DNA of 64,000 bases from Octopus vulgaris. Taxonomy: Eukaryota. The DNA is taken from NCBI GenBank assembly GCA_951406725.2, contig OX597843.1, forward strand, positions 3,348,001 to 3,412,000, written 5' to 3'. The position numbers and the translations under genes were made by a program. The notes below the pieces were generated by a model, which saw only the letters and a program-made list of their open reading frames with translations, was not told the origin of the DNA and did no database searches. Positions 13,681-28,300 of the stretch are shown here, one piece after another (the first letter of the stretch is position 1; each line of letters begins with the position of its first letter).

Positions 13681-16600
13681 TTTGTCCCATGAACTGTGTC
13701 GCCTGTTTAAAGCCAACATTAAAGGAGTTTGTCCACATAAAACTCTGTCCTTTCTACAGGCCATCATTAGATGAGTTTGTCCCCATGAAACTGTGTCGCT
13801 CTGTTTACAAGCCAACATTAAAGGAGTTTGTTCACATAAAACTCTTGTCCTTTCTACAGGCCATCATTAGATGAGTTTGTCCCCATGAAACTGTGTCGCT
13901 CTGTTTAGAAGCCAACATTAAAGGAGTTTGTCCACATAAAACTCTTGTCCTTTCTACAGGCCATCATTAGATGAGTTTGTCCCCATGAAACTGTGTCGCC
14001 CTGTTTAGAAGCCAACATTAAAGGAGTTTGTCCACATAAAACTCTTGTCCTTTCTACAGGCCATCATTAGATGAGTTTGTCCCCATGAAACTGTGTCGCC
14101 CTGTTTAGAAGCCAACATTAAAGGAGTTTGTCCACATAAAACTCTTGTCCTTTCTACAGGCCATCATTAGATGAGTTTGTCCCCATGAAACTGTGTCGCC
14201 CTGTTTAGAAGCCAACATTAAAGGAGTTTGTCCACATAAAACTCTTGTCCTTTCTACAGGCCATCATTAGATGAGTTTGTCCCCATGAAACTGTGTCGCC
14301 CTGTTTAGAAGCCAACATTAAAGGAGTTTGTCCACATAAAACTCTTGTCCTTTCTACAGGCCATCATTAGATGAGTTTGTCCCCATGAAACTGTTCGCCC
14401 TGTTTAGAAGCCAACATTAAAGGAGTTTGTCCACATAAAACTCTTGTCCTTTCTACAGGCCATCATTAGATGAGTTTGTCCCCATGAAACTGTGTCGCCC
14501 TGTTTAGAAGCCAACATTAAAGGAGTTTGTCCACATAAAACTCTTGTCCTTTCTACAGGCCATCATTAGATGAGTTTGTCCCCATGAAACTGTGTCGCTC
14601 TGTTTACAAGCCAACATTAAAGGAGTTTGTCCACATAAAACTCTTGTCCTTTCTACAGGCCATCATTAGATGAGTTTGTCCCCATGAAACTGTGTCGCCC
14701 TGTTTACAAGCCAACATTAAAGGAGTTTGTCCACATAAAACTCTTGTCCTTTCTACAGGCCATCATTAGATGAGTTTGTCCCCATGAAACTGTGTCGCCC
14801 TGTTTAGAAGCCAACATTAAAGGAGTTTGTCCACATAAAACTCTTGTCCTTTCTACAGGCCATCATTAGATGAGTTTGTCCCCATGAAACTGTGTCGCTC
14901 CATTTACAAGCCAACATTAAAGGAGTTTGTCCACATAAAACTCTTGTCCTTTCTACAGGCCATCATTAGATGAGTTTGTCCCCATGAAACTGTGTCGCTC
15001 TGTTTACAAGCCAACATTAAAGGAGTTTGTCCACATAAAACTCTTGTCCTTTCTACAGGCCATCATTAGATGAGTTTGTCCCCATGAAACTGTGTCGCTC
15101 TGTTTACAAGCCAACATTAAAGGAGTTTGTCCACATAAAACTCTTGTCCTTTCTACAGGCCATCATTAGATGAGTTTGTCCCCATGAAACTGTGTCGCCC
15201 TGTTTACAAGCCAACATTAAAGGAGTTTGTCCACATAAAACTCTTGTCCTTTCTACAGGCCATCATTAGATGAGTTTGTCCCCATGAAACTGTGTCGCCC
15301 TGTTTACAAGCCAACATTAAAGTAGTTTGTCCACATAAAACTCTCGTCCTTTCTACAGGCCATCATTAGATGAGTTTGTCCCCATGAAACTGTGTCGCCC
15401 TGTTTACAAGCCAACATTAAAGGAGTTTGTCCACATAAAACTCTTGTCCTTTCTACAGGCCATCATTAGATGAGTTTGTCCCCATGAAACTGTGTCGCCC
15501 TGTTTAGAAGCCAACATTAAAGGAGTTTGTCCACATAAAACTCTTGTCCTTTCTACAGGCCATCATTAGATGAGTTTGTCCCCATGAAACTGTGTCGCTC
15601 TGTTTACAAGCCAACATTAAAGGAGTTTGTCCACATAAAACTCTCGTCCTTTCTACAGGCCATCATTAGATGAGTTTGTCCCCATGAAACTGTGTCGCCC
15701 TGTTTAGAAGCCAACATTAAAGGAGTTCGTCCCCATAAAACTGTTGTCTTTTCTACAGGCCATCATCAGATGAGTTCGTTCCCATAAAACTGTGTCGCCC
15801 TGTTTAGAAGCCAACATTAAAGGAGTTTGTCCACATAAAACTGTCGTCTTTTCTACAGGCCATCATCAGATGAGTTTTACAAGTCGTCCCCATAAAACTG
15901 TGTCGCCCTGTTTACAAGCAAACATTAAAGGAGTTCGTCCCCATAAAACTGTCGTCTTTCTACAGCCATCATCAGATGATTCGTTCCCATAAACTGTTCG
16001 CCCTGTTTAAAGCAAACATTAAAGGAGTTCGTCCCCATAAAACTGTGTCGCCCTGTTTACAAGCAAACATTAAAGGAGTTCGTCCCCATAAAACTGTCGT
16101 CTTTTCTACAGGCCATCATCAGATGAGTTCGTTCCCATAAAACTGTGCGCCCTGTTTACAAGCAAACATTAAAGGAGTTCGTCCCCATAAAACTGTCGTC
16201 TTTTCTACAGGCCATCATCAGATGAGTTCGTTCCCATAAAACTGTGTCGCCCTGTTTACAAGCAAACATTAAAGGAGTTTGTCCACATAAAACTCTTGTC
16301 CTTTCTACAGGCCATCATTAGATGAGTTTGTCCCCATGAAACTGTGTCGCCCTGTTTAGAAGCCAACATTAAAGGAGTTTGTCCACATAACACTCTTGTC
16401 CTTTCTACAGGCCATCATTAGATGAGTTTGTCCCCATGAAACTGTGTCGCTCTGTTTACAAGCCAACATTAAAGGAGTTTGTCCACATAAAACTCTTGTC
16501 CTTTCTACAGGCCATCATTAGATGAGTTTGTCCCCATGAAACTGTGTCGCCCTGTTTAGAAGCCAACATTAAAGGAGTTTGTCCACATAAAACTCTCGTC

Positions 16601-18027
16601 CTTTCTACAGGCCATCATTAGATGAGTTTGTCCCCATGAAACTGTGTCGCCCTGTTTAGAAGCCAACATTAAAGGAGTTTGTCCCCATAAAACTGTCGTC
16701 TTTTCTACAGGCCATCATCAGATGAGTTCATTCCCATAAAACTGTGTCGCCCTGTTTAGAAGCCAACATTAAAGGAGTTTGTCCACATAAAACTGTCGTC
16801 TTTTCTACAGGCCATCATCAGATGAGTTTGTCCCCATAAAACTGTATCGCCCTGTTTACAAGCCAACATTAAAGGAGTTCGTCCCCATAAAACTGTGTCG
16901 CCCTGTTTACAAGCAAACATTAAAGGAGTTCGTCCCCATAAAACTGTGTCGCCCTGTTTACAAGCAAACATTAAAGGAGTTCGTCCCCATAAAACTGTCG
17001 TCTTTTCTACAGGCCATCATCAGATGAGTTCGTTCCCATAAAACTGTGTCGCCCTTTTTACAAGCAAACATTAAAGGAGTTCGTCCCCATAAAACTGTCG
17101 TCTTTTCTACAGGCCATCATCAGATGAGTTCGTTCCCATAAAACTGTGTCGCCCTGTTTACAAGCAAACATTAAAGGAGTTCGTCCCCATAAAACTGTCG
17201 TCTTTTCTACAGGCCATCATCAGATGAATTCGTTCCCATAAAACTGTATCGCCCTGTTTACAAGCCAACATTAAAGGAGTTCGTCCCCATAAAACTGTGT
17301 CGCCCTGTTTACAAGCAAACATTAAAGGAGTTCGTCCCCATAAAACTGTCGTCTTTTCTACAGGCCATCATCAGATGAGTTCGTTCCCATAAAACTGTGC
17401 CGCCCTGTTTACAAGCAAACATTAAAGGAGTTCGTCCCCATAAAACTGTCGTCTTTTCTACAGGCCATCATCAGATGAGTTTGTCCCCATAAAACTGTAT
17501 CGCCCTGTTTACAAGCCAACATTAAAGGAGTTCGTCCCCATAAAACTGTGTCGCCCTGTTTACAAGCAAACATTAAAGGAGTTCGTCCCCATAAAACTGT
17601 GTCGCCCTGTTTACAAGCAAACATTAAAGGAGTTCGTCCCCATAAAACTGTGTCGCCTGTTTACAAGCCAACATTAAAGGAGTTTGTCCCCATAAAACTG
17701 TGTCGCCCTGTTTACAAGCCAACATTAAAGGAGTTCGTCCCCATAAAACTGTCGTCCTTTCTACAGGCCATCATTAGATTAGTTTGTCCCCATGAAACTG
17801 TGTCGCCCTGTTTACAAGCAAACATTAAAGGAGTTCGTCCCCATAAAACTGTGTCGCCCTGTTTACAAGCCAACATTAAAGGAGTTTGTCCCCATAAAAC
17901 TGTGTCGCCCTGTTTACAAGCAAACATTAAAGGAGTTCGTCCCCATAAAACTGTCGTCCTTTCTACAGGCCATCATTAGATTAGTTTGTCCCCATGAAAC
18001 TGTGTCGTCCTGTTTACAAGCAAACAT
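13636..18027 (-). repeat. Satellite array 2: 51-bp and 49-bp monomers, mostly as a 100-bp dimer, encoding half-ankyrin motifs
   Basis: The 51-bp unit reads LWGRTPLMFACKQGDTV (17 codons) and the 49-bp unit reads GQTHLMMACRKDDSF. See ORFs 16756-16971, 17409-17624 and 17712-17927. Confidence 0.92.
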
Positions 18028-18075
18028 TTCATTAATTAAAGTAAACATCTGGAGATTTTAGTTAATTCATCATCT

Positions 18076-18530
18076 GTGGCACTTGCTCGGGTGTTTTCAA
18101 GGTCCCCTGCGGTAGTGTGGATACAGTTTCTCACCTCACCACTCTATGCTGCAACTCCTTCCTACCTTGTTTTGTGGGTGGGGAAAATCTCTGCCAGGGT
18201 AAGCTGGTATTTTAGCTGTTCTCTGGTACTCTTCTGGTGGGAGTGTCCTTTTGATTTAGCTGGGCTTGCTGTCGAATACATCCCTTGGCAATCTAGGTTT
18301 GTGCATGCTTCTCACATGGCCTTCCCTCCTGAGGCTGTCTGAAGAGCAGGAAGTCTTCAATGCTCAGATGTTGGCCTGCTTGAGCGCTTCAATGTTGGTG
18401 ATGGATTCCTTCCATTAGATATCTACGACAGAGCAAAGCCATCTGTGGTGGACGTCCTCCAATCGGATCCAGCAATGTTCCTGAAGCTGAATGCCCTTCC
18501 ACATGCCAACCACTCTGGACTGTAGCGTGT
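18076..18530 (-). mobile_element. Degenerate RTE LINE 3' fragment
   Basis: RLEDVHHRWLCSVVDI*WKESITNIEALKQA...LRREGHVRSMHKPRLPRDVF resembles RTE LE.FHQRCLRSIL.I.W...ITN.E.L..A...LRWAGHV.RM...RLPK.V. Confidence 0.75.
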
Positions 18531-18604
18531 GCTTTTTATGTGCCATCAGCGAAGGAGCCAGCCTGAGGGAGCTGGTGTTGATCACATTCGGATATTTATC
18601 TGCC

Positions 18605-18724
18605 AAACACTGCCAGATCTGACTGGCCTGGTGCAGCCTTCGGGCTCCCCAGACCCCAGTTGAACCGTCCAACCCATGCTAGCATGGAAAGCGGACGTTA
18701 AATGATAATGATGATGATGATGAT
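18605..18724 (+). mobile_element. 5'-truncated SINE with (GAT)n tail
   Basis: ...ccgtccaacccatgctagcatggaaagcggacgttaaatgataatgatgatgat. The same family occurs in reverse at 33700, 36775, 46450 and 51755. Confidence 0.8.
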
Positions 18725-19369
18725 CGATACAGGAGATAGTAAGGGGACCCCGGCATTCGTCATGTTCGGGTGGGGCTTTTTCCATGCCATATCTTTGAAT
18801 ATTTCACCAGGCAAGAATTAGATGGAATTCAGAAACAAACTCAGATCTGGAGATTTTAGTTAATTCTAAACTTAACCCAATCACAGAATAATGTAATGCT
18901 GTCTCATTGTCTTTGTCACCGATTCCTCTCATCTCCAACTTCTATCCTCAAACTTATTATTCTTGTGTTACCCACTTCACAGGCTTCGTTAGGTAAGTGC
19001 CATTGTCTAAATTTGATTAAGTTTATCTGGACTTTACCTAAACTTCTTGTCAAAATGTGAAATTTCCCAAACCACACCTTTTGCAAAGGACAACCCAAAA
19101 GAGACTGAAATCTTTAGATACTCTGCTTCGCAATGTGAAAATCCTTTCTTCTTGGTTCTGGTCCTCATTCTCATTGCCCCTTTAATTTCTTCACATGAAT
19201 CCACGCAGCTCTAAAGATCACTGCTAATCTATTCAGGTGTCTACCAGGGCGCCCTGGCATCAGTCACCTCCGGGTGGTGCTTTTTGCATGCCTCACTTTT
19301 GGATGTTACACTACTCAAGAATTGGGACGAATTTTGAAACCAAACAGATCCGAAGGTTTTAGTTAATTC

Positions 19370-22300
19370 TAAACTTACCCAATCACAGCATGATGTAAAG
19401 CTGTCTAACCCTTTTTGTCTCTTGTTTTAATATCTGCCCCCTCTTTTAACATGTTTAAGACATCTATGTTGCCCTCTCAGCCAAGGCTTTGATTGTGCAA
19501 TGTTCATTCTAAACTTACCCAATCACAACACAATGTAAAGCTGTCTAACCATTTTTATTTACCACGTCGAGATCATCTCCAAATTTTGTCATCAAATTTG
19601 GATGGATCTTGTCTTAATATCTGCTCCCTCTTTTAACATGTTTAAGACATCTATGTTGCCCTCTCGGCCAAGGCTTTGATTGTGCAAATGTTAATTCTAA
19701 ACTTACCCAATCACAACACAATGTAAAGCTGTCTAACCATTTTTATTTACCACGTCGAGATCATCTCCAAATTTTGTCATCAAATTTGGATGGATCTTGT
19801 CTTAATATCTGGTCCCACTTTTAACATGTTTAAGACATATATGTTGCACCGTTTACAAGCAGCCATGAGTTACGTTTCACCATTTTCATCTGATATCTAT
19901 TTTTCCAAGTACTGATTGCAGCCACCCTTCATTTCTCCCCTTGTGTTGTGCACCATGATTACGGGGTTTCACCCACCCCTTTGTCTCCAATTTGGACACA
20001 TGAAAACCCCTTCTACTTCTGACTGCTGTGGTGTCACACTTGGGTGACCCCATTCCTAATGGAATGTGGATCTCAGTAGGAGCAACACTTCAGTTTGCCC
20101 TACCCTGACTGACATGTATCAAAGCACTCTCTCAATGGGGCACGCTCATCTCCTCTCAGCCAAGGCTATGATTGTGCAATGTTAATTCTAAACTTACCCA
20201 ATCACAACATGATGCAATGCTGTGTGACCTTTTTTGTCATGAAATCTATTGAATTCGTGTTACCCTGTTAACAGGCATTTTTAGATAAATTTCAGTATTT
20301 GAATTTATTTATTGAATCCTTTGAGGACCCTTTTTTTTTTCTTTTTTTCCTATTATGCAATCTGTCTAAGCTCCTGGTCAGAAAGGAATACATCCCTAGC
20401 CACACCTTCTGCACTGGACAGCCCAGCAAAGAGACTGTTTAAACACACTGCTTCTTGGTGTGACATCATTTCCCCTTGCGTCTGGTTCCCTCAATCCACA
20501 TTACCCGCTTCATTTCTTCTCGTGACCCCATCCCAGATATGAAGATCACTGTTCCTCTATTCTGTTTTGAAATCGTCCAAGCCAGTGGGTGGCCAATTTT
20601 TCCCTTTTTGATATTTGAAGGGTCACAGGGCTGGTGTCTACCTCTCCTTCGTCACCAGCGGTGCTAACCACCCTCAGAACCCCCGATATGTGACATGGCA
20701 TTCCTCCCACCAATTTCTATTTTCCGCAGACTGATCGCAGACACCCTTCATTTCTCTCTATGTGTTGTGCGACATGAATTAGGGGGCTTCACCCACCCCT
20801 TTGTCTCCGATCTGGAGAGATGCAACCCCTTCTACAACTGACCGATGTCGTGTCACACTTGTCTGCATTCATTCTGGGATGTGGATCTCAGTCGGAGCAA
20901 CTTTCCAGTTTGCCCTACCCTGACTGACATGTATCAATAGACTGTCTCAATGGGGCACATTCATCCCCTTTCAGCCAAGGCTTTGATTGTGCAATGTTAA
21001 TTCTAAACTTATCCAATCACAACATGATGCAAAGCTGTCTAACCATAGACGTCTTTTGTTTTAATATCTGCTCCCTCTTTTAACAGGTTTAAGACATCTA
21101 TGTTGCCCCCTCAGCCAAGGCTTTGATTGTGCAATGTTCATCCTAAACTTACCCAATCACACCATAATGGAAAGCTGTCTAACCCTTGTTAGATTGTGTT
21201 TTAATATATGCCCCCTCTTTTAACATGTTTAAGACATCTATGTTGCCCCCTCAGCCAAGGCTTTGATTGTCCAATGTTCATTCTAAACTTACCCAATCAC
21301 AGCATAATGGAAAGCTGTCTAACCCTTGTTAGATTGTGTTTTAATATATGCCCCCTCTTTTAACAGGTTTAAGACATCTATGTTGCCCCCTCAGCCAAGG
21401 CTTTGATTGTCCAATGTTCATTCTAAACTTACCCAATCACAGCATAATGGAAAGCTGTCTAACCCTTGTTAGATTGTGTTTTAATATATGCCCCCTCTTT
21501 TAACATGTTTAAGACATCTATGTTGCCCCCTCAGCCAAGGCTTTGATTGTCCAATGTTCATTCTAAACTTACCCAATCACAGCATAATGGAAAGCTGTCT
21601 AACCCTTGTTAGATTGTGTTTTAATATATGCCCCCTCTTTTAACAGGTTTAAGACATCTATGTTGCCCCCTCAGCCAAGGCTTTGATTGTCCAATGTTCA
21701 TTCTAAACTTACCCAATCACAGCATAATGGAAAGCTGTCTAACCCTTGTTAGATTGTGTTTTAATATATGCCCCCTCTTTTAACATGTTTAAGACATCTA
21801 TGTTGCCCCCTCAGCCAAGGCTTTGATTGTCCAATGTTCATTCTAAACTTACCCAATCACACCATAATGGAAAGCTGTCTAACCCTTGTTAGATTGTGTT
21901 TTAATATATGCCCCCTCTTTTAACATGTTTAAGACATCTATGTTGCCCTCTCAGCCAAGGCTTTGATTGTGCAATGTTCATCCTAAACTTACCCAATCAC
22001 AGCATAATGGAAAGCTGTCTAACCCTTGTTAGATTGTGTTTTAATATATGCCCCCTCTTTTAACATGTTTAAGACATCTATGTTGCCCCCTCAGCCAAGG
22101 CTTTGATTGTGCAATGTTCATCCTAAACTTACCCAATCACACCATAATGGAAAGCTGTCTAACCCTTGTTAGATTGTGTTTTAATATATGCCCCCTCTTT
22201 TAACATGTTTAAGACATCTATGTTGCCCCCTCAGCCAAGGCTTTGATTGTGCAATGTTCATTCTAAACTTACCCAATCACACCATAATGGAAAGCTGTCT

Positions 22301-25300
22301 AACCCTTGTTAGATTGTGTTTTAATATCTGCTCCCTCTTTTAACATGTTTAAGACATCTATGTTGCCCTCTCAGCCAAGGCTTTGATTGTGCAATGTTAA
22401 GTCTAAACTTACCCAATCACAGCACAATGTAAAGCTGTATAACCCTTTGTGTCTCTTGTTTTAATATCTGCTCCCACTTTTAACATGTTTAAGACATCTA
22501 TGTGGATCTCAGTAGGAGCAACACTTCAGTTTGCCCTACCCTGATTGACATGTATCAAAGCACTCTCTGAATGGGGCATGTTCATCCCCTTCAGCCAAGG
22601 CTTTGATTGTGCAATGTTCATTCTAAACTTACCCAATCACACCATAATGGAAAGCTGTTTAACCCTCATTAGTTCGTGTCTTAATATCTGCTCCCTCTTT
22701 TAACATGTTTAAGACATCTATGTTGCCCTCTCAGCCAAGGCTTTGATTGTGCAATGTTCATTCTAAACTTACCCAATCGCAACATGATGTAAAGCTGTCC
22801 GACCCTTGTTGGATTTTGTTCTCATATCTGCTCCCTCTTTTAACATGTTTATAACATCTATGTTGCCCCCTCAGCCAAGGCTTTGATTGTGCAATGTTAA
22901 TTCTAAACTTACCCAATCACAACATGATGCATTGCTGTGTGACCTTTTTTGTCATGAAATTTATTGAATTCGTGTTACCCTGTCAACAGGCATCGTTAGA
23001 TATATTCCAGTATTTGAATTTATTTATTGAATCCTTTGAGGACCCTACTTTTTTTCTTTTGCATGCAATCTGTCCAAGCTCCTGGTCAGAAAGGAATACA
23101 TCCCTAGCCACACCTTCTGCACTGGACAGCCCAGCAAAGAGACTGTTTAAACACACTGCTTCTTGGTGTGACATCATTTCCCCTTGCGTCTGGTTCCCTC
23201 AATCATCACATTACCCGCTGAATTTCTTCTCGTGACCCCACCCCAGATATGAAGATCAGTGCTCCTCTATTCTGTTTTGAAATTGTCCAAGCCAGTGGGT
23301 GGCCAATTTTCCCTTTTGATCTTTGTAGGGTCACAGGACTGGTGTCTACCTCTCCTTCGTCACCAGCGGTGCTAACCACCCTCAGAACCCCCGATATGTG
23401 ACATGGCATTCCTCCCACCAATTTCTATTTTCCGCAGACTGATCGCAGACACCCTTCATTTCTCTCTATGTGTTGTGCGACATGTATTAGGGGCTTCACC
23501 CACCCCTTTGTCTCCGATCTGGAGAGATGCAACCCCTTCTACAACTGACCGATGTCGTGTCACACTTGTCTGCATTCATTCTGGGATGTGGATCTCAGTC
23601 GGAGCAACTTTCCAGTTTGCCCTACCCTGACTGACATGTATCAATAGACTGTCTCAGTGGGGCACATTCATCCCCTTTCAGCCAAGGCTTTGATTGTGCA
23701 ATGTTAATTCTAAACTTACCCAATCACAACATGATGCAAAGCTGTCTAACCATAGACGTCTTTTGTTTTAATATCTGCTCCCTCTTTTAACAGGTTTAAG
23801 ACATCTATGTTGCCCTGTTTACAAGATGCCATGAGTAATGTTTCACCATTTTCATCTGTTTGGTGAATATCCACTGATATCTATTTTTCCTATACTGATT
23901 GCAGTCACCCTTCATTTCTCCCCTTGTGTTGTTGCACCAAGCGTTACGGGGTTTCACCCACCCTTTTGTCTCCAATCTAGACAGACCAAAACCCTTTCTA
24001 ATTCTGACTGCTGTGGTGTCTCACTTGGGTGACCCCATTCATAAAGGAATGTGGATCTCAGTAGGAGCAACACTTCAGTTTGCTCTTCCCTGATTGAAGT
24101 GTATCAAAGCACTCTCTCAATGGGGCACATTCATCCCCTCTCAGCCAAGGCTTTGATTGTGCAATGTTAATTCTAAACTTACCCAATCACAACATGATGC
24201 AAAGCTGTATGACCCTTACTGTCATGAAATTTATTGAATTCGTGTTACCCTGTTAACAAGCATCATTAGATAAGTTTCAGTATTTGAATTTATTTGCTGA
24301 ATTCCTTCAGGACCCTTCCTAACGCCAACCACTCCGTGAGTGTAGTGGGTGCTTTTACGTGATATTTACATGCATTAGGGGGCTTCACCCACCCCTTTGT
24401 CTCCGATCTGGAGAGATGCAACCCCTTCTACATCTGACTGATGTCATGTCACACTTGTCTGCATTCATTCTGGGATGTGGATCTCAGTCGGAGCAACTTT
24501 CCAGTTTGCCCTACCCTGACTGACATGTATCAATAGACTGTCTCAATGGGGCACATTCATCCCCTTTCAGCCAAGGCTTTGATTGTGCAATGTTAATTCT
24601 AAACTTACCCAATCACAACATGATGCAAAGCTGTCTAACCATAGACGTCTTTTGTTTTAATATCTGCTCCCTCTTTTAACAGGTTTAAGACATATATGTT
24701 GCCCTCTCGGCCAAGGCTTTGATTGTGCAATGTTCATTCTAAACTTACCCAATCACAGCACAATGTAAAGCTGTATAACCCTTTGTGTCTCTTGTTTTAA
24801 TATCTGCTCCCTCTTTTAACATGTTTAAGACCTCTATGTGGATCTCAGTCGGAGCAACACTTCAGTTTGCCCTACCCTGACTGACATGTATCAAAGCACT
24901 CTCTCAATGGGGCATGTTCATCCCCCTCAGCCAAGGCTTTGATTGTGCAATGTTCATTCTAAACTCACCCGATCACAGCATGATATAAAGCTGTATAACC
25001 CTTGTTGGATTTTGTTTTAATATCTGCTCCCTCTTTTAACATGTTTAAGACATCTATGTTGCCCTCTCAGCCAAGGCTTTGATTGAGCAATGTTAATTCT
25101 AAACTTACCCAATCACAGCACAATGTAAAGCTGTATAACCCTTTGTGTCTCTTGTTTTAATATCTGCTCCCTCTTTTAACATGTTTAAGACATCTATGTT
25201 GCCCCCTCAGCCAAGGCTTTGATTGTGCAATGTTCATTCTAAACTTACCCAATCACACCAAAATGGAAAGCTGTCTAACCCTTGTTAGATTGTTTTAATA

Positions 25301-28300
25301 TCTGCTCCCTCTTTTAACATGTTTAAGACATCTATGTTGCCCTCTCAGCCAAGGCTTTGATTGAGCAATGTTAATTCTAAACTTACCCAATCACAGCATA
25401 ATGGAAAGCTGTCTAACCCTTGTTAGATTGTGTTTTAATACATGCTCCCTCTTTTAACATGTTTAAGACATCTATGTTGCCCTCTCAGCCAAGGCTTTGA
25501 TTGTCCAATGTTCATTCTAAACTTACCCAATCACACCATAATGGAAAGCTGTCTAACCCTTGTTAGATTGTGTTTTAATATATGCCCCCTCTTTTAACAT
25601 GTTTAAGACACCTATGTTGCCCTTTCAGCCAAGGCTTTGATTGAGCAATGTTCATTCTAAACTTACCCAATCACACCATAATGGAAAGCTGTCTAACCCT
25701 TGTTAGTTTGTGTTTTAATACATGCTCCCTCTTTTAACATGTTTAAGACATCTATGTTGCCCTCTCAGCCAAGGCTTTGATTGTGCAATGTTCATCCTAA
25801 ACTTACCCAATCACACCATAATGGAAAGCTGTCTAACCCTTGTTAGATTGTGTTTTAATATATGCCCCCTCTTTTAACATGTTTAAGACATCTATGTTGC
25901 CCTCTCAGCCAAGGCTTTGATTGTGCAATGTTAATTCTAAACTTACCCAATCACAACATGATGCAAAGCTGTCTAACCATAGACGTCTTTTGTTTTAATA
26001 TCTGCTCCCTCTTTTAACAGGTTTAAGACATATATGTTGCCCTCTCAGCCAAGGCTTTGATTGTGCAATGTTAATTCTAAACTTACCCAATCACAACATG
26101 ATGCAAAGCTGTCTAACCATAGACGTCTTTTGTTTTAATATCTGCTCCCTCTTTTAACATGTTTAAGACATCTATGTTGCCCTCTCAGCCAAGGCTTTGA
26201 TTGTGCAATGTTAATTCTAAACTTACCCAATCACAACATGATGCAAAGCTGTCTTACCATAGACGTCTTTTGTTTTAATATCTGCTCCCTCTTTTAACAG
26301 GTTTAAGACATATATGTTGCCCTCTCAGCCAAGGCTTTGATTGTGCAATGTTAATTCTAAACTTACCCAATCACAACATGATGCAAAGCTGTCTAACCAT
26401 AGACGTCTTTTGTTTTAATATCTGCTCCCTCTTTTAACAGGTTTAAGACATATATGTTGCCCTCTCAGCCAAGGCTTTGATTGTGCAATGTTAATTCTAA
26501 ACTTACCCAATCACAACATGATGCAAAGCTGTCTAACCATAGACGTCTTTTGTTTTAATATCTGCTCCCTCTTTTAACAGGTTTAAGACATATATGTTGC
26601 CCTCTCAGCCAAGGCTTTGATTGTGCAATGTTAATTCTAAACTTACCCAATCACAACATGATGCAAAGCTGTCTAACCATAGACGTCTTTTGTTTTAATA
26701 TCTGCTCCCTCTTTTAACAGGTTTAAGACATATATGTTGCCCTCTCAGCCAAGGCTTTGATTGTGCAATGTTAATTCTAAACTTACCCAATCACAACATG
26801 ATGCAAAGCTGTCTAACCATAGACGTCTTTTGTTTTAATATCTGCTCCCTCTTTTAACAGGTTTAAGACATCTATGTTGCCCTCTCAGCCAAGGCTTTGA
26901 TTGTGCAATGTTAATTCTAAACTTACCCAATCACAACATGATGCAAAGCTGTCTAACCATAGACGTCTTTTGTTTTAATATCTGCTCCCTCTTTTAACAG
27001 GTTTAAGACATATATGTTGCCCTCTCAGCCAAGGCTTTGATTGTGCAATGTTAATTCTAAACTTACCCAATCACAACATGATGCAAAGCTGTCTAACCAT
27101 AGACGTCTTTTGTTTTAATATCTGCTCCCTCTTTTAACAGGTTTAAGACATATATGTTGCCCTCTCAGCCAAGGCTTTGATTGTGCAATGTTAATTCTAA
27201 ACTTACCCAATCACAACATGATGCAAAGCTGTCTAACCATAGACGTCTTTTGTTTTAATATCTGCTCCCTCTTTTAACAGGTTTAAGACATATATGTTGC
27301 CCTCTCAGCCAAGGCTTTGATTGTGCAATGTTAATTCTAAACTTACCCAATCACAACATGATGCAAAGCTGTCTAACCATAGACGTCTTTTGTTTTAATA
27401 TCTGCTCCCTCTTTTAACAGGTTTAAGACATATATGTTGCCCTCTCAGCCAAGGCTTTGATTGTGCAATGTTCATTCTAAACTTACCCAATCGCAACATG
27501 ATGTAAAGCTGTCCGACCCTTGTTGGATTTTGTTCTCATATCTGCTCCCTCTTTTAACATGTTTATAACATCTATGTTGCCCCCTCAGCCAAGGCTTTGA
27601 TTGTGCAATGTTAATTCTAAACTTACCCAATCACAACATGATGCATTGCTGTGTGACCTTTTTTGTCATGAAATTTATTGAATTCGTGTTACCCTGTCAA
27701 CAGGCATCGTTAGATAGATTCCAGTATTTGAATTTATTTATTGAATCCTTTGAGGACCCTTTTTTTTTTCTTTTGCATGCAATCTGTCCAAGCTCCTGGT
27801 CAGAAAGGAATACATCCCTAGCCACACCTTCTGCACTGGACAGCCCAGCAAAGAGACTGTTTAAACACACTGCTTCTTGGTGTGACATCATTTCCCCTTG
27901 CATCTGGTTCCCTCAATCCACATTACCCGCTTCATTTCTTCTCGTGACCCCACCCCAGATATGAAGATCAGTGCTCCTCTATTCTGTTTTGAAATTGTCC
28001 AAGCCAGTGGGTGGCCAATTTTCCCTTTTTGATCTTTGTAGGGTCACAGGACTGGTGTCTACCTCTCCTTCGTCACCAGCGGTGCTAACCACCCTCAGAA
28101 CCCCCGATATGTGACATGGCATTCCTCCCACCAATTTCTATTTTCCGCAGACTGATCGCAGACACCCTTCATTTCTCTCTATGTGTTGTGCGACATGCAT
28201 TAGGGGGCTTCACCCACCCCTTTGTCTCCGATCTGGAGAGATGCAACCCCTTCTACAACTGACCGATGTCGTGTCACACTTGTCTGCATTCATTCTGGGA

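Noticed and set aside
16756-17927. Functional ankyrin protein from 51-bp runs
   Set aside because: Only half repeats are encoded, and the frame is broken by every 49-bp unit.
13636-18027. CRISPR-like array of alternating ~50-bp units
   Set aside because: Both alternating units are repeated, so there are no unique spacers. There are no cas genes and the context is eukaryotic.
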